Source: Chloroflexota bacterium (GTDB lineage Bacteria > Chloroflexota > UBA11872). From it: 64,000 bases of DNA. The translations under genes and the position numbers were made by a program. The stretch lies in NCBI GenBank assembly GCA_965220075.1, contig OZ244806.1, positions 392,332 through 456,331 on the forward strand, given 5' to 3'. Below are positions 1 to 10,443 of this stretch, in pieces (position 1 is the first letter of the stretch; every line of letters begins with the position of its first letter). A model generated the notes under the pieces. It had not been told where the DNA came from. It worked only from the letters and a program-made list of their open reading frames with translations, and searched no databases.

Positions 1-456
1 TACCTCAGCGTCAACCCGGGTCAGCCGCCGCAACCGCTCGATCGGGTGGCCTCGGGCGGCGAGGTTTCGCGCATTCTGCTCGGTCTCAAGTCGGTGCTGG
101 CGGGCGAGGACCAGACGCCCGCGCTGGTTTTCGACGAGATCGACATCGGCGTGGGAGCGCGCGGAGGCCGGGTCGTGGGCCAGAAGCTGGCCCGTCTCGC
201 GCGCGCCCATCAAGTTCTCTGCGTCACGCACCTGCCCACCGTGGCCGCCTTCGCCGACGCTCACTTCGTGGTGGAGAAGGACTCCGCCGAGGGAACCACC
301 GTGAGCAGTCTCAGGCGTCTGAGCGGAGACGCCGTCGTTGAGGAGCTGGCCCTGATGGGCGGCGCGCGCGGCGCCGCCGCGCGCGAGCTGGCTTGCGACT
401 TGCTCACCTCCGCGCGCGGCTGGAAGCGGCAGGCCGCGGCCGCGCAATCCCAGTAG
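1..456 (+). CDS. recN: DNA repair protein RecN, C-terminal part (5' truncated by window edge)
   Basis: Frame 1 reads YLSVNPGQPPQPLDRVASGGEVSRILLGLK...LVFDEIDIGVG...QVLCVTHLPTVAA: RecN signature, Walker B and H-loop. Confidence 0.95.
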   Translation, partial: YLSVNPGQPPQPLDRVASGGEVSRILLGLKSVLAGEDQTPALVFDEIDIGVGARGGRVVGQKLARLARAHQVLCVTHLPTVAAFADAHFVVEKDSAEGTTVSSLRRLSGDAVVEELALMGGARGAAARELACDLLTSARGWKRQAAAAQSQ

Positions 457-479
457 GAGCGGGTATCAAACCCGCCTCC
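453..479 (+). repeat. GTAG-type REP-like palindrome
   Basis: GTAGGAGCGGGTATCAAACCCGCCTCC; GTAG head followed by hairpin; related to copies at 24470, 63580 and 63864. Confidence 0.7.
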
Positions 480-614
480 ACATCCTTGAGCCCGCAAGGA
501 AACTCACAGGGCGCCAAACACCCCGGTGCTAGGCTGGCCTTCCGGAGTCGTCCACAGCATGCGAGCGCGGCGCCGCGCTTAGCCCCTGCCCGCGCGCGCC
601 TCTGACGCGTTTGA

Positions 615-2192
615 ATGAGGCTTAGGACCGCAGAGCTGGCGTTGAACGCGCCTTGGCCGCTCAGCCCGCGGCGCTGGCGCATCGCGCCGCCCGCTTTCAC
701 CACGCGCGCCTACGCGCGCGACGAGCTGGGCCGGCGGATTGGCAAGTTCGCCCGCCGCCGCCAGCTGGCCATCGTGGTGAGAGCGGCCCCGCGCGTGCTG
801 ACCGGGGGCATGGCGCTGATCCTCGTAGGCGCGGTGGTGGCCGTGCTGCTGGACGCCGCGGCCGCCTTGCCCTTGCTGGCCGCGGTCGTCGGTGCGCTGG
901 CGGCGGCCGCCCTGCTCGCGGTTGCGGGCGCCGTTCCCAGCATGCGGCGGGCCGCGCTGGCGGTGGACCTGCGCCTCCAGCTGCACGAGCGACTCTCCAC
1001 CGCGGTAGCCGGCTTGCCGAACGGCGACGAGATGGTCCTGGCGCAACGCGCCGACGCCTTGGCCGCCGCGGAGTCCGTTCAGCCCCGCGAGGCCTTTCCG
1101 CTGCTCGTAGACAAGCGCGACGTGCTGATGGTCTGCGGCGCCCTCGGGCTGGTCGCTCTCTGGCTTTGGGTCGCCGCCGTAACGCCGCTGACGGGTTTCT
1201 TTGCCCCGCGCGGCGCGCCGCTCGGGCCGCAAGAGAGGGCGGGACAGTCGCAGGCCCCCGGCGCGGCTTCGCCCCAAACGTCTTCCGCCGAGTCGCCGCC
1301 CCAGCTCGCCGCGCAAATGGAGCGCCTCAACCGCGCCGTCGACCAGCTGCGTGCCCAGATCGATCCAGAGGCGCGCACCTCGCAAGAGCAGTTGGGCAAT
1401 ATCGCCGAAGGCTTGCGGCGCTCGTCCGAAGCCCGCCAGCTCGGGCGCGCGCTGGAAGGTCGGGACCTGGAGGCCGCGGCGGCCGAAGCGCGCCAGCTGG
1501 CCAACCGGATCGCGGACCTCAACTCGGGCCAGCTCGAAGAGCTGGCGGGCAGCCTCGGCAGGGCCGCTGAGGAGGCCTCGGCCGACCCGGCTCTGGCCGG
1601 CCAGTTGGAGAGCGCCGCCCAGGCCGTACAAGACAGTCGGCTTGGCGAGGCCCGCGAGGCGCTGCGAAGACTCGGCGAAACGCTGGCGGCCATCGACTCC
1701 GCCGCGGCCGGCAATCGCGCCCTGGAGCGTGAGATCGCCGGGCTCGAACAGGACCTGGCGGAGTTGCAGACCCAGGCAGAGGGCGCCGGCACTGCCTCCT
1801 CCTCCGACACGCTCACCATCGAGAACCCCAACGGCGGCGCGGCGATGAGCGCGGCCGGGGACGCCGGGGCGGGCGCCGGACGTGCCGACGGGCAGGTGCG
1901 CGGCGGCGGCTACTCCTCGGCCGCTGGCCAGGAGCTCCCCGGTCCACCGGAGACGCTTGCTCCGCAGCAGCGCCTGGCCGCCGACGGCCGGCTCGAGATC
2001 ATCGAGTTGGCGCCGACCGACGAAGGTAGCGAGCAGGTGCAGCGCCCGGCCCTCGAATTAGGCGCCGGCACTGGCCCCAGCTTCGACCCCGCGGCCGGTT
2101 CAAGAGGATTCGCGGCCGGACGCGGCGATGTGTCGCGGGCGGCGCCCCTGGAGCTGCGGGCCGTTCTCGACCGCTACTTTTCCTCGCCCTGA
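615..2192 (+). CDS. Membrane-anchored coiled-coil protein associated with MoxR/VWA operon (start uncertain)
   Basis: N-terminal TM segments, L.ERLSTA motif, long Ala/Glu/Gln coiled coil, Gly-rich tail ending ..V..YF; 9 bp before the MoxR gene. Confidence 0.7.
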   Translation: MRLRTAELALNAPWPLSPRRWRIAPPAFTTRAYARDELGRRIGKFARRRQLAIVVRAAPRVLTGGMALILVGAVVAVLLDAAAALPLLAAVVGALAAAALLAVAGAVPSMRRAALAVDLRLQLHERLSTAVAGLPNGDEMVLAQRADALAAAESVQPREAFPLLVDKRDVLMVCGALGLVALWLWVAAVTPLTGFFAPRGAPLGPQERAGQSQAPGAASPQTSSAESPPQLAAQMERLNRAVDQLRAQIDPEARTSQEQLGNIAEGLRRSSEARQLGRALEGRDLEAAAAEARQLANRIADLNSGQLEELAGSLGRAAEEASADPALAGQLESAAQAVQDSRLGEAREALRRLGETLAAIDSAAAGNRALEREIAGLEQDLAELQTQAEGAGTASSSDTLTIENPNGGAAMSAAGDAGAGAGRADGQVRGGGYSSAAGQELPGPPETLAPQQRLAADGRLEIIELAPTDEGSEQVQRPALELGAGTGPSFDPAAGSRGFAAGRGDVSRAAPLELRAVLDRYFSSP

Positions 2193-2201
2193 GGCGCGCC
2201 T

Positions 2202-3200
<999 letters not shown>

Positions 3201-3203
3201 CCG

Positions 3204-4097
3204 GTGGCGGACGGGTCCGCCCGGCGCCTGGCTCCCGAACCCGGACTGCGGGCGCGCCTCGAGCGGCTCTCCATCGTGTCCATGCGGCCTCACGGGCACC
3301 TTCACACGGGTGGGCGCCGCAGCCGCGCCACCGGCTCCTCGATAGAGTTCGCGGATCACCGCGCCTACAGCCCGGGCGATGATTTCCGCCAGATCGACTG
3401 GAATATCTACGCCCGCTCCAACCAGCTTTTCGTCAAGGTGCGCGAGTCCGAGGAGACGCTGGTGGCGCACCTGCTGCTGGACACCAGCGCCTCCATGGCC
3501 GCCGGCCGTCCCTCCAAGCTCGAGGTCGCGCGCGACGTGCTGGCCGCGCTTGCCTGGGTCGCCGCAACGCGCGGCGACTTCGTGGCCGGCGCGGTCTTCG
3601 GGCCGGGACTGGGCGAGACCTTCGCGCCGGCGCAGGGAGTGTCCGCCGCCGACCGCTTCCTTGAGTTCCTGTCGCGCCAGCAGGCGGCCGGGGGTACCGG
3701 TCTGGCCGAGGCCGCCCGCGCCTACAACGCCCACCGTCTCCCACATGGCGTGGCGGTGCTCGTCTCCGACCTTCTTTCCGAGGACGCCAGCGACGCGGTC
3801 GAACGGCTGGCCGAATACGGCAACGAGTTGACGGTTGTTCACGTGCTCGATCCTGACTTCCTCTCACCGGGGTTCGCGGAGGAAGTGGAGCTGCTGGACG
3901 CGGAAGGCGGGGAGAGCGTGAGCGCGTTCGTGGACGGCGATCTGCGGGACGCCTACCGCCGCACCGTCGGCCGCTGGCGTGAGGACCTCGAACGCTTCTG
4001 CCACGGCCGCGGCGTGCGCTACGTGCCCGTCGAGTCCGACTGGGGGGTCGAGGACATCGTGCTCGGCCACCTGCGCCAGCACCGGGTCCTGGCGTGA
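3204..4097 (+). CDS. DUF58 family (VWA-like) protein
   Basis: GSSIEFADHRAYSPGDDFRQIDWN, LLLDTSASM, LVSD. Confidence 0.92.
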   Translation: MADGSARRLAPEPGLRARLERLSIVSMRPHGHLHTGGRRSRATGSSIEFADHRAYSPGDDFRQIDWNIYARSNQLFVKVRESEETLVAHLLLDTSASMAAGRPSKLEVARDVLAALAWVAATRGDFVAGAVFGPGLGETFAPAQGVSAADRFLEFLSRQQAAGGTGLAEAARAYNAHRLPHGVAVLVSDLLSEDASDAVERLAEYGNELTVVHVLDPDFLSPGFAEEVELLDAEGGESVSAFVDGDLRDAYRRTVGRWREDLERFCHGRGVRYVPVESDWGVEDIVLGHLRQHRVLA

Positions 4098-5929
4098 GCT
4101 GGGCCGCGCCGCTCGCCCTCGGCTGGCTGGCGCTGATCCTGCTCGTATTCCTCCTCTACCTGCTGCGGCCCGCGCGTCAGCGCATTCAAGTCGCGTCGGT
4201 TCTTCTTTGGCGCCGCACTCTGGCGCGCCGGCATGAACGCTCCTGGCTGCAGTGGCTGAAGCGCCATCTGCTCTTGATCCTGCAGGCGCTGGTGATCGCG
4301 GCTCTGGCGCTGGCCCTGGCGCGCCCCGAGCAGTCCGTCAGCCAGACCACGCAACCGCCCGTGAGCGTGGTGGTTGACGCTTCGCTGTCCATGCTGATCG
4401 AGGACGTGGCGCCCAACCGGCTGGAGGCCGCCAAGCAGCGCGCCGTGCAGTTCGTGCGCGGCCTGCCGCGCCAGACGCCGGTGTCGGTCATCGCGGCGGC
4501 GGGAACCGTGCGCCCGCTGACCATCGGCGCGACCGATCGATTCGGGATCGAGGGTGCCATCCGCTCCATCCGGCCCAGCGCGGCCGAAGGCCGGCTGGCC
4601 GACGCGCTCGACACCGCCCTTTCGCTGGCCCCGGCCGAGTCGGGAGGGTCGGTCGCGCTGTTCTCGGACGGCGTGACCGCGCTCGAGCCGCGCCCCGACT
4701 ACGCCCGCGTCCGCGCCTTCAACGTGTCCGGCGACGCGCGCAACGTGGCGATCGAGCAGTTCGCCGTTCGTCGCCGCCTCGACGATCCCTCGATGGTGGA
4801 GGCTTTGGTGGCGCTGCGCAATCAGGGCGCCGTACCGGTTTCGGTCCCCGTGAGCGTGGAATCCGGCGGCGATCGGGCGCAGGCCAACGTGGTACTGGCC
4901 GCCGGAGCGCGTGAAGTGCTCGTCTTCACCGAGCTCCCGCCGGCGGCCGGATATGAAGCCGGCATCGCCCCCCCGGATGACGGGCTGGCCGCCGACAACC
5001 GGGCCTTCGCCGAGCTTGCCGATGCGCGCGAGCTGACGGTGCTGGTGGTGGCTGAGGAGCCGAGTCTGATCACGCGCGCGCTTGCCGCCCTGCCGGGCGT
5101 GCGCGTGTCCGGGATCACGCCGGCCCAGGCGCAGCGCGCCGACCCGCACGACATCTACGTGTACGTCGCCGCCGTCCCCGATCCCCTCCCGAACGGCTCC
5201 ATCGTGCTGGTGCGCCCGGGCGGCAATGAGGAGCTCGGCATCGAGGCCCCGGAGACGGCCGCGTCCGTGCCGCGGCCGGTAGCGGAAAGTCCGCTGGCGG
5301 CGCGGCTCGACGCTCTGTCGCTTGCCGCCGGCGATAACCTGGCCTACTCCCCGCCTGGCTGGGCGCGGCCCGATCTGAGCGTTGGCGAGAGGGCCGTGCT
5401 GGCGCATGGCACGCACGCCGGCCGCCGCCTGGTGCTGGTGGGTCTGGACGTGCAGGCGCCGGGCGTCGCGCTCGCCCCTTGGTACCCGGTTTTCTGGAGC
5501 GACGTCGTGCGCTGGGCCGACCCCTTCGATCCGCGGCCGGAGGGCGCGCCCCTGCGTCCCGACCAGGCAGTGGTGCTGGTCCCGCATCCGCTCGCCGAGC
5601 GTGTGGAGATCGTCTCGCCCGACGGTGAACGCACGTCGCGAACCGCGGCCCAGTCGATGGCCTTCACGCCTCACGAGCTGGGCGTCTACGTGGTCCGCCA
5701 GTTCAGAGGGGAGGCGCTGCTCGCGCAGGCGCGCCTGCCGGTGGACGCGCCAGGCCTCCCGAGCGCGCGGGCGCTTGCGCAAGCATTCGGTCCACCGGCC
5801 GCGCCGGCTCGCGCCGAGCCCTTGCGGGTGGACCGCATCGAGGAGCGCTGGCCGTGGTTCGCGGCCGTCGCGCTGGTCCTCCTGGCCGCGGAGTGGTGGT
5901 GGTTCCACCGTGTGAGAGGGCTGCGTTGA
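4094..5929 (+). CDS. BatA-like N-terminal membrane anchor plus VWA domain protein
   Basis: LLYLLRP..VASVLLW..LALARP BatA-type N-terminus; MIDAS DASLSM; LFSDG; DDGLAADN; C-terminal TM ending AEW; GTGA overlap with DUF58 gene. Confidence 0.88.
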   Translation: MSWAAPLALGWLALILLVFLLYLLRPARQRIQVASVLLWRRTLARRHERSWLQWLKRHLLLILQALVIAALALALARPEQSVSQTTQPPVSVVVDASLSMLIEDVAPNRLEAAKQRAVQFVRGLPRQTPVSVIAAAGTVRPLTIGATDRFGIEGAIRSIRPSAAEGRLADALDTALSLAPAESGGSVALFSDGVTALEPRPDYARVRAFNVSGDARNVAIEQFAVRRRLDDPSMVEALVALRNQGAVPVSVPVSVESGGDRAQANVVLAAGAREVLVFTELPPAAGYEAGIAPPDDGLAADNRAFAELADARELTVLVVAEEPSLITRALAALPGVRVSGITPAQAQRADPHDIYVYVAAVPDPLPNGSIVLVRPGGNEELGIEAPETAASVPRPVAESPLAARLDALSLAAGDNLAYSPPGWARPDLSVGERAVLAHGTHAGRRLVLVGLDVQAPGVALAPWYPVFWSDVVRWADPFDPRPEGAPLRPDQAVVLVPHPLAERVEIVSPDGERTSRTAAQSMAFTPHELGVYVVRQFRGEALLAQARLPVDAPGLPSARALAQAFGPPAAPARAEPLRVDRIEERWPWFAAVALVLLAAEWWWFHRVRGLR

Positions 5930-8580
5930 CGCTTGACCGGCCCTGGCTGCTGATTCTCTTTGCCTTGACCCCGCTCTTCATATGGGCGGCAATGCGCAGC
6001 CGAGCGCGGCTCTCCGCGCGGCGCGGCGCGCTCTCCGCGGCCCTGCGCGTCGGCGCGTTCGTAGCCCTGGTTCTGTCCCTGGCCGGGCTGGGCGTCGGCG
6101 GATCAGTGCGGGCGCCCGCGGTCTTCGCGATCGATACGTCCGAAAGCGTGCTGCTCTCCGAGCAGGCCAACGCCTTTGACTTGGTGGACTTCTTCGTGCG
6201 CGGCTTCGGCGCCGATACGCCGGTGGGAGTGGTCCAATTCGCGGGGCGCGCGGCTGTCCTGGCTCCGCCCGGACGGCTCACCAGCGCTCCCCCGCCCAGA
6301 GCCGGTCTGGAGGGCCGCAGCAGCGATGTCGGCGCCGGGCTGGCCGCCGCTCTCAGCCTTGTCCCCGCAGGCGCGGGGGGGAACGTCGTGCTCATTAGCG
6401 ACGGAAACGCCACGACCGGCGGCGTCGCGGCCGTGCTGCAGGAAGCCGTGGCCCGCGCGGTCCCCGTTTCGGTCGCGCCGGTGCGGTCGCTGCGCGGCGC
6501 CGACCTGGCCGTCAGCGCCCTGCACGTGCCCACCGACGCGCGGCTGGGCGCCCCGCTGCAGGCGCGCATCGGCATCACCTCCGGCCGGCTTGCCAGCGCG
6601 CGCCTGCGTGTCTGGGATGGCAACCGGCTTCTGAGCGATAGTCCCGTGTCGATCGAGCCGGGCGCCCAGGATTTCGCGGTGGACCTAGGCGGCCTTGCGC
6701 CCGGTTTTCACCGTCTCCGCGCCGAGCTGCTGGAGGACGCGGATCTCCAGCTGGCCAACAACGTAGCGGAGGCCTTCGTGCGGATCAGCCCGCCCGGAAC
6801 GCTCCTGAGCATCGACTCCTCCCCCGGCGACAACGCGGCCGCGGAAACCCTGCGCGATCTGGGCTTCCAGGTCACCAGCGTCGACCCGCAGGGAGCGCGC
6901 GCCGCAGAGCTGGAGGACTACGACGCCGTGCTGATCACCAATCTGGCCGCCGGCGCTTTGGGCGAGCCGCTCGTGCGGCGGTTGCAGGCATACGTCCGCT
7001 CCGGCCACGGCCTGGCCGTGGTGGGCGGTCCCGACGGCTTCGCGGCCGGCGGATACGACGAATCGCTGCTGGACGAGGTGCTGCCAGTCTGGTCCGACCC
7101 GACCGGAAGGCGCCCGGAAGCGCGCCTGGCGCTGGTGCTGGCGATCGACAAATCGTCCAGCATGATGATCGAGGACGAGCGAGGCGTTCGGCGCATGGAC
7201 CTTGCCGTCGAAGCCGCTGTGGAGGCCATCGAGCTGCTCGAGCAGGGCGATATCCTGGGCGTGCTCGGATTCGACTCGGAGGCGCAGTGGGTGGTGCCGC
7301 CGCGCCCGCTGGGCGATGCCGCCGACCTCAGCCGGGCCATTGATCGCGTGCGCGGCCTTCAGGTAGGCGACGCCACCGACATCTTCAACGCCATGCGCAG
7401 CGCGCGCAGCCGCCTCCTGCAGACCGAGGCCTCGATCAAGCACGTGGTCCTGCTGACGGACGGAAAATCGCGGCGCGGTGACTTCGAGGGTCTGACCCGC
7501 GACATGCGCCGCCGCGATATCACCGTCTCCACCATTGCGCTGGGCGACGACGCCGATCAGGAGCTCCTGGAGCGGATCGCCTTGCTCGGCGAGGGCCGGT
7601 TCTACTACGCGCCCGCGGCCTCCGACATCCCGCGCGTGCTCACCCAGGAGACGCGCGTGGCGGGCGAGTTCGCGGTCGTCGAACGTGAGTTCCAGCCCCG
7701 CATGGTGAATCCCAGCCCGATACTGAGCGGCGTGCTGCAGGGTCTGGAGCTGCCCAGGCTGCACGGGTTCGTGCGCACGCGCGCCAAACCCACGGCCGAA
7801 GTAGTGCTGGCCGCCGACAGCAACGAGCCGCTGCTGGCGCAGTGGCAGTTCGGCCGCGGGCGCGCGCTGGCCTGGACCTCCGACGGCGGCGCGCGCTGGG
7901 CCGCCCGCTGGGCCGGCTGGAGCGCCTTCCCCACGTTCCTGGGCCAGGCGATGGCCTGGGTGATGCCCGCCCCCGGTGACGTTGCGCGCACCGGTCTCGC
8001 GGTCGACGTCGAGGTGCGCGATGGGCGCGGGAGCATCGTGATCGACTCGGTGGACGCGGCCGGCCGTTTTCGCAATGGGCTCTCCACCGCCGTGCGGCTG
8101 ATCGGCCCGGACGGCTCGGAGCTGAGCCTCACCGCGCCCGCGGCCGCTCCGGGGCGCTACCAGGTCGAAACACCCGCGCTGGCGCCGGGTGTGTACGAGG
8201 TGGTGGTCGAGCAGCGCGCGGGTTCGCAGCTCGTGGCCTCCACGCGGACCGGCTTGGTGGCGCCGGCCGGGGCGGAGCTCAGCCGTCCCGCGCCCGACCT
8301 GGCCTTCTTGCGGCGCGTTGCCGCCGCGACCGGCGGGTCGGTCATCGAGTCGCGCGCCGATCTTGCCGCCCTGGCCGCGCGGGCGGACTCGGCGCCCAAG
8401 CTCGACTGGGTGCTGTTGCTAACCGTCGGCTTGCTGCTCTACACCTGCGACGTGGGCGTGCGGCGGCTGCGCGGAACCCCGCGCGAGATCCTCGCTCGCG
8501 TAGGAGAGCGAGCTGGTTCGCTGCGCGCGGGCGTGGCTGTTTGGCGCCGCCTGCGCGTGTTCCGACCGGCCCGCCGGTAG
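5926..8580 (+). CDS. Large membrane protein with two VWA domains and glutamine-amidotransferase-like segment
   Basis: TTG start overlapping upstream TGA; MIDAS motifs DTSES and DKSSSM; LISDG and LLTDG; GGPDGFAAGGY; QWQFGRGRALAWTSD; terminal TM segments. Confidence 0.88.
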   Translation: MTLDRPWLLILFALTPLFIWAAMRSRARLSARRGALSAALRVGAFVALVLSLAGLGVGGSVRAPAVFAIDTSESVLLSEQANAFDLVDFFVRGFGADTPVGVVQFAGRAAVLAPPGRLTSAPPPRAGLEGRSSDVGAGLAAALSLVPAGAGGNVVLISDGNATTGGVAAVLQEAVARAVPVSVAPVRSLRGADLAVSALHVPTDARLGAPLQARIGITSGRLASARLRVWDGNRLLSDSPVSIEPGAQDFAVDLGGLAPGFHRLRAELLEDADLQLANNVAEAFVRISPPGTLLSIDSSPGDNAAAETLRDLGFQVTSVDPQGARAAELEDYDAVLITNLAAGALGEPLVRRLQAYVRSGHGLAVVGGPDGFAAGGYDESLLDEVLPVWSDPTGRRPEARLALVLAIDKSSSMMIEDERGVRRMDLAVEAAVEAIELLEQGDILGVLGFDSEAQWVVPPRPLGDAADLSRAIDRVRGLQVGDATDIFNAMRSARSRLLQTEASIKHVVLLTDGKSRRGDFEGLTRDMRRRDITVSTIALGDDADQELLERIALLGEGRFYYAPAASDIPRVLTQETRVAGEFAVVEREFQPRMVNPSPILSGVLQGLELPRLHGFVRTRAKPTAEVVLAADSNEPLLAQWQFGRGRALAWTSDGGARWAARWAGWSAFPTFLGQAMAWVMPAPGDVARTGLAVDVEVRDGRGSIVIDSVDAAGRFRNGLSTAVRLIGPDGSELSLTAPAAAPGRYQVETPALAPGVYEVVVEQRAGSQLVASTRTGLVAPAGAELSRPAPDLAFLRRVAAATGGSVIESRADLAALAARADSAPKLDWVLLLTVGLLLYTCDVGVRRLRGTPREILARVGERAGSLRAGVAVWRRLRVFRPARR

Positions 8581-8581
8581 G

Positions 8582-9976
8582 ATGGCCGCTATGAACATCC
8601 CGACCGGCCGCATCGCGCAAGTCTTCAACCAGGCGGGGTTCCAGCTGTTCCTCGTGGGGGGGCCGGTGCGCGATCGCATCATGGGCAGGGCTGCCCACGA
8701 CTTCGACTACGCCACCGACGCGCGCCCCAACCGAACCAAAGTGCTCGTGCACCGCGCCGGCGCGGACGCCGTCTACGGCGTGGGCGAGCGCTTCGGCACC
8801 GTGGGGGCCAGGTTCGGGGACGCTCAAGTCGAGATCACCACCTTTCGGGCCGAGTCCTATCAGCCCGATTCACGCAAACCCGACGTCACGTTTGGCGACT
8901 CGCTGGAAGCCGACCTGGCGCGCCGCGACTTCACCGTCAACGCGATCGCGCAGAACGCCCGCACGGGGGAGATCATCGATCCCTTTGGCGGCGTCCGCGA
9001 CATCGTCGCGCGCGTCATCCGCGCGGTTGGCAACCCCGACCAGCGATTCCACGAAGACCCGCTGCGGGTGTTGCGGGCGGTGCGCTTTGCCATCCAGCTC
9101 GAATTCGACATCGACGCTGACACGGCCGCCGCGATTCGACGCAACGCGCGGCGTCTCGGCGCCATCAGCGCCGAGCGTATCGGGGCCGAGCTGCAGCTCA
9201 TCATGATGGCCCGGCGCCCCGACCGGGCCGTCGTCACGATGCGCGATCTGGGGCTGCTCAGCTTCACCATCCCGGAGCTGATCCCGATGCAATCGACCGT
9301 CCAGGACGAGCGCCACGAGCACAAAGACGTGTTCGCGCACACCATGCGCGTGCTCTCTGCGGTCCCCCCGATCGCCCCCCTGCGCTGGGCCGCGCTGCTG
9401 CACGACGTGGGCAAGCCGGCCACCAAGTCGACGCGGCGCGGGCGGGTTCGATTCCACGGGCATGAAGAGGTTGGCAGCCGCATCACGGGTGACATCTTGC
9501 AGCGGCTGCGATTCGACAACCGGCTGACCGAGCGCGTCAGCCACGCCGTGCGTCTGCACATGCGCACCAATGCGTACGACCGCGATTGGACCGATGGCGC
9601 CGTGCGCCGCTTCATCCGCGAAGCCCGCGACAACCTGGCCACGCTCATCGCGCTATCGCGCGCCGACATCACCAGCTACCGGCCGCGCCGCGTTGAGACC
9701 GGTCTGGCGCGCGTGGCCGAGCTGGACGCGCGCTGCGAGACGCTGCAGGCCCAGCACGACGTGCGCGCGCTCGAGAGCCCGCTCGACGGACATCACCTGA
9801 TGGAGCTGTTTGACCGCCCGCCCGGGCCCTGGATCAAACCCATCAAGCAGCACCTGCTGGATCTGGTCCTGGACGGAGAGCTGGCGCCGCAGGACACCGA
9901 GGGCGCCGGGCGCGCGGCTCTTGAGTTCGTGCGCCGCGCGGTTCCCGAGGCGGTCTCCTCCGCGTCCGAATCATGA
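8582..9976 (+). CDS. cca: Class II tRNA nucleotidyltransferase (CCA-adding type) with HD domain
   Basis: VGGPVRD, DFDYATD, EITTFR, DLARRDFTVNA, EDPLRVLRAVRF, LLHDVGK; flexible loop present. Confidence 0.88.
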   Translation: MAAMNIPTGRIAQVFNQAGFQLFLVGGPVRDRIMGRAAHDFDYATDARPNRTKVLVHRAGADAVYGVGERFGTVGARFGDAQVEITTFRAESYQPDSRKPDVTFGDSLEADLARRDFTVNAIAQNARTGEIIDPFGGVRDIVARVIRAVGNPDQRFHEDPLRVLRAVRFAIQLEFDIDADTAAAIRRNARRLGAISAERIGAELQLIMMARRPDRAVVTMRDLGLLSFTIPELIPMQSTVQDERHEHKDVFAHTMRVLSAVPPIAPLRWAALLHDVGKPATKSTRRGRVRFHGHEEVGSRITGDILQRLRFDNRLTERVSHAVRLHMRTNAYDRDWTDGAVRRFIREARDNLATLIALSRADITSYRPRRVETGLARVAELDARCETLQAQHDVRALESPLDGHHLMELFDRPPGPWIKPIKQHLLDLVLDGELAPQDTEGAGRAALEFVRRAVPEAVSSASES

Positions 9977-10323
9977 GCGATAGCAGCGCGGCCGCGCCTG
10001 AGCCCGACCCCGACGAGCGCTGGGAGCGCCTGCACGCCTGGCTGCTGCGCAAGCTCGATCAGATGGAGAAGGGCGACTTCGAGCGCCTGCCCGCCAGCTT
10101 CAAGGCCGACGGCGGCCGCCTGGCGGCGCAAGCCTACGAGACCGTGCTGGTGGCGATGCAGGTTCTGGAGGGCCGCCGCACGCGCGGCAAGCAGCGGGCG
10201 CCCACTAAGACGCAGGTCACTCTGCGGCTCGACGCGGATATCGTGACCCACTTCCGCGAGAGCGGGAGGGGCTGGCAAACACGCCTGAACGACACGCTGC
10301 GGCGCACGGTGCTCGACAACTGA
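9973..10323 (+). CDS. BrnA-antitoxin-like protein
   Basis: C-terminus RTRGKQRAPTKTQVTLRLDADIVTHFRESGRGWQTRLNDTLR matches the BrnA pattern; ATGA overlap with cca. Confidence 0.8.
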   Translation: MSDSSAAAPEPDPDERWERLHAWLLRKLDQMEKGDFERLPASFKADGGRLAAQAYETVLVAMQVLEGRRTRGKQRAPTKTQVTLRLDADIVTHFRESGRGWQTRLNDTLRRTVLDN

Positions 10324-10324
10324 C

Positions 10325-10348
10325 CGGGCGCTGAATGTTCGGCGCCCG
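10325..10348. terminator. Stem-loop after BrnA-like gene (possible terminator, no U-tract)
   Basis: CGGGCGCTGAA-TG-TTCGGCGCCCG immediately after the stop codon. Confidence 0.4.
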
Positions 10349-10443
10349 CTCGGTCACCCCGTCACCCCGGCGGGTTCCCATCCATCCGTACTGCCAAGCA
10401 CCCCCACGCGCCGCTATAGTCGGAGGTACATACGGAGTAGCCG

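Noticed and set aside
8582-9976. Poly(A) polymerase
   Set aside because: Lacks the [LIV][LIV]G[RK][RK]F signature (has GVGERF) and carries an HD domain typical of CCA-type enzymes.
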